A stretch of DNA of 64,000 bases from Macrostomum lignano (lineage: Eukaryota), in assembly GCA_002269645.1 (NCBI GenBank), contig NIVC01000353.1, forward strand, positions 124,001 to 188,000, in the 5' to 3' direction. Shown here piece by piece: positions 1-8,871 of the stretch. The notes below the pieces were generated by a model. The model was not told where the DNA came from and did not search any database. It saw nothing but the letters and a program-made list of their open reading frames with translations. Positions within the stretch are counted from its first letter, which is position 1. Each line of letters opens with the position of its first letter. The translations under genes and the position numbers were made by a program.

Positions 1-1
1 A

Positions 2-790
2 CACCAGGTCCAGCCGGTCAAGCAGGTCCTCCAGCGCATCGGTGTTGGCGTTCTCGCGTCCCGCGATAAAGGGCGAGCGCTCGGACCTCCGCGGGACTGC
101 GTTCAGGTCTCCGAGCACTGCCAGCGTGTCGCGGTTTGGCACCTCTTCCAGCTGCCCAGCCAGGAAGTCGAAGAAGGCACGCGCCTCCTCGGGGTGAGCA
201 GCGGTGGGTGCATACGCGCAGAACAGCCGGATGCAGCGGGCGCGTAGTCGCAGGTCGACCCGCATCAGTCGCGGGGACAGCGAGATGCAGTGCACGCTCT
301 GCCGGAGGCGCGGTCCGATCAGTACGCCGACACCGCCCCGGCCGCGGTTGTCTGCCGACGTGTACAGGAGGCTCCAGCCGGCTCCGAGGTCCTCAGAGTG
401 GAGCCCCGGCTCGGCCACGATAGAGACCTCCTGCAGTGAGACGAGGTCCAGCTGTAGGTCGTGGGCCAGCTGGACAAGGATGGTGCGACGCCAGGGGGCC
501 TTCAGAGTTCGGCAGTTCATCGTGCCGAGTCTGAGGCGGCCTCCTGGTACAGCTGGGGCCAGATGGAGGTTGGCCTCATGGTCCCCGGCGCCACCCGGCG
601 GATCCATAGTTGAGGTAGCAGGGACTGGGGACAACAGGCGCCTGGCCGCGCCACGGAGTCGCCCTCGCCGGTTGCGCTCGCGCCGCCGCTCAGTTCGACG
701 TTGCGCGCTGCGCTGACCTCTGCGAGTCCCTGCTGTGCTGAGCTTTGCTGCCGCAGCCGAAGCGCGGCCGTCCGAGCCAACCGAGGTCAT
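2..790 (-). mobile_element. Non-LTR retrotransposon (RTE-like LINE) ORF, apurinic-type endonuclease domain; runs off the left edge
   Basis: Manual translation of the minus strand is stop-free from ATG 790 to the window edge: RLRLGTMNCRTLKAPWRRTILVQLAHDLQLDLVSLQEV...GRGGVGVLIG...LFCAYAPTAAHPEEARAFFDFL...LAVLGDLNA...LEDLLDRLDLV. It carries the GTxNxRTL, LQE, YAPT and GDxNA motifs of APE/EEP retroelement endonucleases. Absent from the ORF track, probably because no stop lies in the window. Confidence 0.88.
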
Positions 791-848
791 CCGCGGCCTG
801 ATGATCTGGCCGCGATGCCAGGAGGTGTCAGCACGATTTGCACGGGTG

Positions 849-1410
849 TGCAAATAAAATGGCTCTGCAAATAAAATGGCTCTGCAAATAAAATGGCTCT
901 GCAAATAAAATGGCTCTGCAAATAAAATGGCTCTGCAAATAAAATGGCTCTGCAAATAAAATGGCTCTGCAAATAAAATGGCTCTGCAAATAAAATGGCT
1001 CTGCAAATAAAATGGCTCTGCAAATAAAATGGCTCTGCAAATAAAATGGCTCTGCAAATAAAATGGCTCTGCAAATAAAATGGCTCTGCAAATAAAATGG
1101 CTCTGCAAATAAAATGGCTCTGCAAATAAAATGGCTCTGCAAATAAAATGGCTCTGCAAATAAAATGGCTCTGCAAATAAAATGGCTCTGCAAATAAAAT
1201 GGCTCTGCAAATAAAATGGCTCTGCAAATAAAATGGCTCTGCAAATAAAATGGCTCTGCAAATAAAATGGCTCTGCAAATAAAATGGCTCTGCAAATAAA
1301 ATGGCTCTGCAAATAAAATGGCTCTGCAAATAAAATGGCTCTGCAAATAAAATGGCTCTGCAAATAAAATGGCTCTGCAAATAAAATGGCTCTGCAAATA
1401 AAATGGCTCT
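849..1410. repeat. 17-bp minisatellite (GCAAATAAAATGGCTCT), ~33 near-identical copies
   Basis: Read directly; the 17-aa periodicity of the ORFs crossing it confirms a 17-bp unit. Confidence 0.97.
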
Positions 1411-1419
1411 TTTCCATTT

Positions 1420-1964
1420 CCAGTGGAAGACACTGGAAATGTAACAGAAATGTGACAGAGTCATTCGGGAAAATCCCCGTGTGACTGCAAGAGAGTTGGG
1501 GGATCGACTGGGCAGACCAAAAACCTCAATTCATCAAATTTTTCCTCTGCTGAAGAAGCACCTGTGTGGGCGCATCTTTGACCACGGCGACAACTTGGAG
1601 GGAGAGAAGTCCGGCGAGTTCTGATGCACGAGATTCCGCGTCGAGCTTATGCAGATGCCATCAATGTACTCTTCACGCGATGGACCAAGTGCTGCAAGCT
1701 GAGGGGTGACTTCGTCAAAAATTGTTCAATCGATGGCGATGCTGAGTAGCCGACCTTGCTGGGCTTGACTTGGTGTAACTCTGCTCCTTAACCCCTGTTC
1801 TACTTTTAGCCATATTTTTGAAGGAAATAACATTTTGTCAAAATTAAAAAAGCAATAAAACTGTAGAATAGTTATCAATTCAGTGACGCATGTTACACTA
1901 AATTCTGATTTCGCATTCAGTCTGTGGATCAATTTTTCCCACTATTTTTGGGACACCCCTCGTA
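1420..1964 (+). mobile_element. Internally deleted mariner (Tc1/mariner) transposon with right TIR
   Basis: From 1451: CDRVIRENPRVTARELGDRLGRPKTSIHQI (HTH) is fused directly to FPLLKKHLCGRIFDHGDNLEGE and, after a frameshift, VRRVLMHEIPRRAYADAINVLFTRWTKCCKLRGDFVKN (mariner C-terminus). The end 1928-1964 reads GGGACACCCCTCG-TA, a mariner-like TIR plus TA. Confidence 0.8.
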
Positions 1965-3382
1965 TTATTATTTCATTGATTCTATAACGTTGCGTGAAAT
2001 CAGTCAGCGTCGAAATGAACTGTCTCATTGAACACTCTCAGTCGACACTCGCCTTGATAATTTGCCAGTTGTAGAGCGTCGAAAAGATCCATGTCGGCCA
2101 GTGCTTGGGATTGCTTAACTTCATCAGTAAACTCGAATATTTATCGATACTTATCGGACCACCCAGGATGGTATTGACGTGGCTTATCGAAGCAGCTACT
2201 CGCTGGAAAGCGTGGATACCAGCTAAGAAAGTCGTATTAAGTTAGAAATATACTACTATAATTAGTATAGCAGCATTGCTTTTGACAGCCAAACTGGGAA
2301 TCCTCCATACGCTTCTTGCCTTTAGTCTATGGGCCAAAGACTGCAAAACCCAAGCAAAGTGATAAAAATCCTACTTCGTGTACTTTTTTGATTGGAAACT
2401 TAAACCAGGGAGGCCAGGGAGGGAGATAAGCAAGCGGGCTGCGACCAAAAACTATATGTATAGCGCCTTCTTGCCAATTGATAGGCGCCCCAAGCTGCAG
2501 CAACCGTGGTGCTGGCGCCCCTGGCGCTCATACGATGGCACCACCCCGAGGTGGCACTCTTTGTACTGTCTGCATCAATGTTGCCCCCCCCCAAGATGCG
2601 CTCCTCTAAATAATGATACCTTCGGGATGGAGTCAAGATGAGCATCACGTAGGAGCTTCTCTAAAGGTTTTTCTAAAGCTCTAAAAAATTCACGATGCAG
2701 TTGACGCGAACGTGGCAGATGAGTTTCAGTTGGCCCTTGTTTCTAACAAAAGGCCAGAATGACTGACAGACGTAAGTGCCTCTTCTGAAGTTTTGCATCA
2801 GACAGTATAATAATTTGAACGAATGCATGCATCCTTGACAGCTGAACAAGACTAGCAATCAACATCTCGTCAGGCCTAATTCTATCGTAAGTGAAGAAGT
2901 TAGAATTCTTTTTTCATTGAGAATGGCTCTCGAAACCCAGTCTAGATGAAAATTGCTCTGCCGTAGCAGCATAGGTAGAAATGTCTAGAAAACTTTTTGT
3001 ACGAGGCAAGTGGTACTCGGAACGGAATTGAGCAAAAAAACAAGCCAACTTATCCGTTCTGAGCGTAAAACCGATGCAAACGCCATGCTTCATCAAGAAC
3101 AAGCTCTTAAAATAATTTATTTTCCTGTATTACAGATCTTTATGTGGCGTGTATGAGGGAAACATATAAGCGTTAGAGATTAAATAGGGACGTATTACAA
3201 CAGCTAGTAGCAGTGTAGCACAACAGTACAGTAGCTGGTGAATTACCGCATCGGAGCTGTTTTGTGATGATCGCCAGAAGCAAGTCAATCGAAAGTCAAC
3301 AACACACGTTTTACTTACTGTTAGAACTTACCTGAATAAGCTGGATGAACAATGAACTGCATGAGAGGCAATTAAAGGCGTG

Positions 3383-3778
3383 TTACTCACCGAGTCGCTC
3401 ATAGATACTGTTGGACAGGTATCCTCCGCAAGCAATTGAAGCATCTCTTAAGCAACTCTGATCGCACACTCGAGTCCTGCCATCTGCAGTGCCATATCTG
3501 CCGAAAGAATTGCCGCAGAAGCATCTACTACGAAACTGCAATCCGAAGTAAGAAAATCCGGCACAGAAAGTGTTGCAATGCTCAGGGGCTGTACCAAAGG
3601 ACCAAGAGCGTTTTCCATTTAAATCTCTATTTAATAAATAATCAACGTAGCAACCAATATACTTGAAGTTCGAGCTGACTTTATAGGTTAGAAGTTCGCA
3701 AGGTGCCGCAAAGATCAAAATGCTCACCGCTGCTACAGCCAGCATTTGACTAGAGCTATTATGATGACTTAACTGCAT
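3383..3778 (-). CDS. WSC-domain protein, copy 1 (signal peptide-like N-terminus plus one WSC domain); possible small 3' exons
   Basis: MLAVAAVSILIFAAPC hydrophobic leader, then YIGCYVD...RDL...PEHCNTFC...YFGLQFRSRCFCGN...CDQSC...CGG..SNSIY, the 8-Cys WSC pattern. The ORF end coincides with a consensus donor G|GTGAGT at 3391/3390, so the true stop may lie in a later exon. Confidence 0.85.
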   Translation of the reverse strand: MQLSHHNSSSQMLAVAAVSILIFAAPCELLTYKVSSNFKYIGCYVDYLLNRDLNGKRSWSFGTAPEHCNTFCAGFSYFGLQFRSRCFCGNSFGRYGTADGRTRVCDQSCLRDASIACGGYLSNSIYERLGE

Positions 3779-4590
3779 GGTTGAGCATGATATGCGTCTG
3801 AAGGGCGCATACATGTATTTTTACTGGGAAATTTATTTATTCAGAAGATCTATGCAACGACCAATCAGAAAGATTCCTCTCTCTCTACCTTTTATTTGTG
3901 ACACCTCTCCCCCCTTTGCCCCAGCCAATCAGCATTGCTCTCTGGCTAAGCCATGCTGCTGTTTCTGCCGTTGGTTAACTTTTATTTTGGAATCTTAGAC
4001 GTGCCCAGTTCCGGTCCCGATAGCACTAGCTCGGTAAGATACAAACGATAGATTAGATTTTAGCATTAAAGTCCAGCATTTGTGTCAATTCATTGACAAT
4101 TTGTCGTGAGAATTAACTACTTAACTTAACGTCTTAGCGATTTCCCTAAAAGCCACAAATTTATTAGGGCCACAAAGCCCTAATATCCCCATTAGTCTTG
4201 ACATCTTAAAGAATTCTCTCCGTAAGCCTTAATACGTCAGCAATTCCTCACTCCCAAGAGCATTTCAGAAATTACCCCGTGAGCCATCTTAGCAATTCCC
4301 CAATAAAGCTTTTATATGGTTGATATGACGCTACTTTCATACTGGGCATTAGGCTTCTTTCACGTTGGATGTGACGCTTCACTAACTCTTTATTTTTGCG
4401 CGTCTGTCTAAAAAATAAATATTTATTGACAAACTCCAGCCAAGGACAAGCTTCGCCGAGTATGAGGTCCATACTTCAGTCGTCATCGCTCAAGCTTATC
4501 CTCATCCTCACACTATAGAAATGCTATAATTTAGTTCCACCAGTTGCTCACTCAATAAAAGTTGTGCAGGAGGAGTTATCAAGAATATTT

Positions 4591-4992
4591 CTACTTCAGT
4601 TTTTCATGCACAAGCATGGCCCAGATGCCCCTAACCTCACCAAAAAGCCGGTTAGCAAAGACGCTGTTAGTCCATAAGCCTCCGCAGGTCACGAGGGCAT
4701 CTCCAGAGCAGGCCATGTCGCACATCCAAGTCATTCCATCAGCCAAGCCGTATTTCCCATACGCATCGCCGCAGAAGCAATGCGAAGCATATTGCAGTCC
4801 AAAATAGGCATAATTACGGCAGAAGGCGTAGCAAGTATCGGGTGTTTGATTTTTGCCGTCATTGGTCGGCCCAGTCAGGTCCCTTTTGCTCCTATTAGGG
4901 TCCACGTAGCAGCCAATGTAGTTAAAATTCGGACTGGTTCTGTAGGGCAGGAAGGTGCAGTTGGCCGAGTTGATTGAGACCGAGGATGCAGC
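4591..4992 (-). CDS. WSC-domain protein, copy 2 (5' end unresolved; spliced exon or pseudogene)
   Basis: Open frame ASSVSINSANCTFLPYRTSPNFNYIGCYVDPNRSKRDL...PDTCYAFC...YFGLQYASHCFCGD...CDMAC...CGGLWTNSVF is homologous to copy 1. An in-frame TGA lies at 4993-4995 with no ATG before the domain. Confidence 0.75.
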   Translation of the reverse strand, partial: AASSVSINSANCTFLPYRTSPNFNYIGCYVDPNRSKRDLTGPTNDGKNQTPDTCYAFCRNYAYFGLQYASHCFCGDAYGKYGLADGMTWMCDMACSGDALVTCGGLWTNSVFANRLFGEVRGIWAMLVHEKLK

Positions 4993-5233
4993 TCAGCGGC
5001 TCTGAAGACCGACTCATCTTGCTCAGGGATACCACAAAAAACATGTGCGTAGTCGGAATTTATTGTATTATACTCCGAAATAACATTTTTACGCCTCAAT
5101 ACTCATTCTTTAGCCCATAAAAAATTGAAACTTGCAAGCCCAGAGAGCAAGTCTCGATCCTAATTGGTCCAGGTGCATCAGATAACTCGCGTTTTTTCAC
5201 AACTCTAATGAAGATACTTGAGATATTTTCATG

Positions 5234-5275
5234 TACGAGAGGGGTGTCCCAATGATAGCAGGAAAAATATTGATG
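5234..5275 (+). mobile_element. Mariner-type TIR, second copy of the family seen at 1928-1964
   Basis: TACGAGAGGGGTGTCCCAATGATAGCAGGAAAAATATTGAT closely matches the reverse complement of 1928-1964 (TACGAGGGGTGTCCCAAAAATAGTGGGAAAAATTGAT). Confidence 0.65.
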
Positions 5276-5639
5276 TGAAAAATGAACATGAAATGTCTTG
5301 TCTTGCTCAGGCGAGCTTCTTCTGCCTCTGCGACCTGTTTTTTTTTACAGTTTCTGGCGCTCACGTTTCTTCTGTCTTTTATGTTTCTTCTTCTGTTTAT
5401 GCCTCTGTTCCTAGTGGTGTACATGTAATTCTACCATTGCTATACATGTATTTTGGTGATAACTTCTGAAGCAATTAACAGTTTAGAAAAATGTCTAAAC
5501 GCAATTTAAATGTGGAGTTCTGACTGCTTTTATGTATTGATTCTTTTATTTTATTTAGGAAGTAGGAACATTCGATTTACAATACGGCCAATCATACTAA
5601 ACCTACGGACAAGCATTGAATGGAGTTATAGTCATAAAA

Positions 5640-5925
5640 TGTAGCCTAGCGTATATGAAAAATGGAATTCAAGACTGAAAGATCGGGGTTCGATTCTCGA
5701 CCTTAACTGGAACATTGTGTGCCCTTTAAAGCAAGACACCTAACTCTGCATTGCTTCAGTTCACCCAGCTGTAAAATGGGTGCCAGTATTAGCTGGGGTA
5801 ATTGATGCTGTGTGGCGACCCCCCAGTCCTTGGACTGAACAGGCGTACGCAGCCTTCGGATTCGCCGCGCAATAGCTGCGGCTGAGCTGTCGGTTGCACA
5901 TCTGGCCATTAGGGCAGATTATTAT
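5640..5925 (+). mobile_element. tRNA-derived SINE, copy 1
   Basis: tRNA-like head with a B-box (GGTTCGATTC), a central CACCCAGCTGTAAAATGGGT segment resembling SINE core domains, and a 3' region almost identical to 49300-49390 (CGCCGCGCAATAGCTGCGGCTGAGCTGTCGGTTGCACATCTG). Confidence 0.75.
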
Positions 5926-6519
5926 CATTTTTGAGCTTAAGACATCTAGCAGTTAAATTCAGACTCTAAATTCAGACCAGTAGACAAAAATGTTGTTTGT
6001 GACGCAGCTTAAACGGGTGATAAATTGAATTAGCATTTTTTGATGCGTATAGCCAACAAGTCAATACTGCAACTATCCTAACTGTCAGACCATCATGTGT
6101 TGCTCCAACAGATGTCTTCACGAGCCAAGCACTGGGGGGGGGGGGGCAGAAAGTGTAGTGTGTGACCAGACCAGGCCGCAATCTTGGCAACCGTATAATT
6201 ACTTTCACGCTGAACTCCGCCATTCTCTGCACTATCATGGAACGCCAATCCTATAAATTGATTTCGTCTGGTGGATTCTCCCAGCTCGATGCATTTAAGT
6301 AATAAAGATTCATTTTAATGTAACTACATGTAAGTATACGCCTACACTTTGTAGCGACAAAACATCATTAGCATGTATGCATGTAGGGCCACTATACGCA
6401 TACATACCGGTACATAGACTCCCGGGAGATCCCAGGGGATCCCAGGTATTCTTATCTAGCCTCTCAAGAACTCTATTCAAGGAGGGACGAAGGACAAAGG
6501 AATGATGTTCAAGGCACAG

Positions 6520-7345
6520 GGAGGGACGCAAGAGAAACAGGGGACGCAAGAGAAACAGGGGAGGGACTGAGAGAAACAGGGGAGGGACTGAGAGAAACAG
6601 GGGAGGGACTGAGAGAAACAGGGGAGGGACTGAGAGAAACAGGGGAGGGACTGAGAGACACAGGGGAGGGACTGAGAGACACAGGGGAGGGACGTGAGAC
6701 AACGGGAGGGACGTGAGAGACACAGGGGAGGGACGTGAGACAACGGGAGGGACGTGAGAGACACAGGGGAGGGACGTGAGACAACGGGAGGGACGTGAGA
6801 GACACAGGGGAGGGACGTGAGACAACGGGAGGGACGTGAGAGACACAGGGGAGGGACGTGAGACAACGGGAGGGACGTGAGAGACACAGGGGAGGGAGTG
6901 AGACAACGGGAGGGACGTGAGAGACACAGGGGAGGGACGTGAGACAACGGGAGGGACGGGAGAGACACAGGGGAGGGACGTGAGACAACGGGAGGGACGT
7001 GAGAGACACAGGGGAGGGAGTGAGACAACGGGAGGGACGTGAGAGACACAGGGGAGGGACGTGAGACAACGGGAGGGACGGAGAGACACAGGGGAGGGAC
7101 GTGAGACAACGGGAGGGACGTGAGAGACACAGGGGAGGGAGTGAGACAACGGGAGGGACGTGAGAGACACAGGGGAGGGACGTGAGACAACGGGAGGGAC
7201 GTGAGAGACACAGGGGAGGGACGTGAGACAACGGGAGGGACGTGAGAGACACAGGGGAGGGACGTGAGACAACGGGAGGGACGTGAGAGACACAGGGGAG
7301 GGACGTGAGACAACGGGAGGGACGGGAGAGACACAGGGGAGGGAA
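6520..7345. repeat. G-rich minisatellite: 21-bp monomers grading into a 41-bp dimeric unit
   Basis: GGGGAGGGACTGAGAGAAACA repeats (6550-6680) are followed by GGGGAGGGACGTGAGACAACGGGAGGGACGTGAGAGACACA repeats. Confidence 0.93.
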
Positions 7346-8871
7346 ATGCCGGACATGTACATGCCGGACGATTAGAAAGTCAGGACTGCTGTACACCCTG
7401 TGTGTGACCGTGTGCAAGAGACATGCCTACAGCATTAGGGCGTCTGCATGTGCTTAGGAGTCAGTGGCCGCTAAAGTGAAGAACTCAAACGAACGATACA
7501 ATAACGCAATATTTAACTGAGTGTTAACCCAGCTCCAAGCAAAACTTGATCCGAGAGAAGCAGCACAGCGCAGATTTTGCGCTCCGATCCTGTTTTTATA
7601 TTAATTCCAGAGTTCCTCTCGTTTGAGGCGGAGAGTGCCTTCACAACAGATGTTTTAAGTGGGGACGCAGCCCTTGGTCAAGTTCAGCCAAAAGCACCAA
7701 AATAGCTAGTTGCTGGGGAAGTCCGCTCTGCCCTCGCAGGGGTGGCGGAGTGATGGATTTGACGCATTGGCTGAATTAGACGGCTCTGGCTCTTAAGTCC
7801 TTTCTCCATCGGCGGAACGTTCGCCTGGTCGTCTCCGGGCGTACGAGACGAGACTATTCTATATATAGTCCGGTTTCCTGTAGCTCCGTACAAGTTGTCT
7901 CGATCCCAGACGGCTCAATCTCGTCCTGTCGCCAGGGACAGCGAGATCCTCTTCGGTCTCCATTGCTTGGTCCTTTTGTCGATTTTACTTTACATTACTT
8001 AGTTACAACAACAACAACAACAACAATACTACTACTACTAAGTACTAACGAGCTTTATTTAGCTGCATGCCACTGTGTTATGTTATATGAAAGTCCAAAC
8101 CTCAAGATAGTAACAAGTTTCAACGCGTTCGACATGCCAAAAAATCAGCGCCAATGTTCATTTTTTCTTCAGTGATTCTGTGTGCTCAATCCGTAAGGTG
8201 GGCGATTAGGGTAGCCCAAAGCCAAGCTCTTCCACTCTTCTTATGGTGGCCAAGGCAGCGTGAGGGCGAGCTTTGTCCCACAAGATTAAGGGCTTGGCAC
8301 ACATGATGCGGCGCTTCTTGATGAGGACACCCTTTTGTAGACAAGCAACTTAATCTTGCGTGGCAATGCTTGACAATCCTTGACCTTCCTTCGATCCAAC
8401 TTCTGACCGACTTCAGAAACGATTTCAAGTTAAAGATTTTCAGCCAAATCTCTCAACCAGTAGCGTTATGCAGCTCAAAATTGCAAAATTATTCCCAGAC
8501 AACTTTGCTGGGAAAGTAGCCGAATGTGGCAGCAAGTTCTAAGCTTTCTCGGGTCTTTTGCCATAGACAGAAGTCGCAGTTTTTCATCTTGAGGTCTGTA
8601 CTTTCATATAACATAACAAAGTTTCATGCAGGTAGATAAAGAAAGCCAAAATAAAGTTGTTTGCTGCCCATATGTGCAAAATTGTTGGGTAAAAATTACA
8701 AGTTCATATGTTTATCCAGTCAACAGTTATAAAAACTATAAAACCGTACTTATTCAACTATGACAACGCAAATTGCACAAGGAGTAAACTAGCTATGCTA
8801 ATTGGTTAACAACAACAATTAAGGATTGTTGAATTTATATTGCTAAGAGAGGCCATGCGTTAGGGCCCAGA

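Noticed and set aside
787-1464. 225-aa and 201-aa minus-strand ORFs
   Set aside because: They are translations of the 17-bp minisatellite, with no protein-like content.
2030-3100. Possible exons of another minus-strand gene
   Set aside because: Short open frames with splice-like ends exist, but there is no recognisable domain and no consistent multi-exon reconstruction.
5640-5715. tRNA gene (also at 49169-49225)
   Set aside because: Only A/B-box-like remnants are present, I could not fold a complete cloverleaf, and both continue into a shared SINE body.
6310-7417. Three 285-350-aa ORFs
   Set aside because: All derive from the stop-free strand of the G-rich minisatellite.
7690-8045. GC-rich segment with small hairpins and an (ACA)n/(ACT)n tail as an ncRNA or ribozyme
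   Set aside because: I found no conserved catalytic core or Pol III boxes; it is probably an unclassified repeat end.
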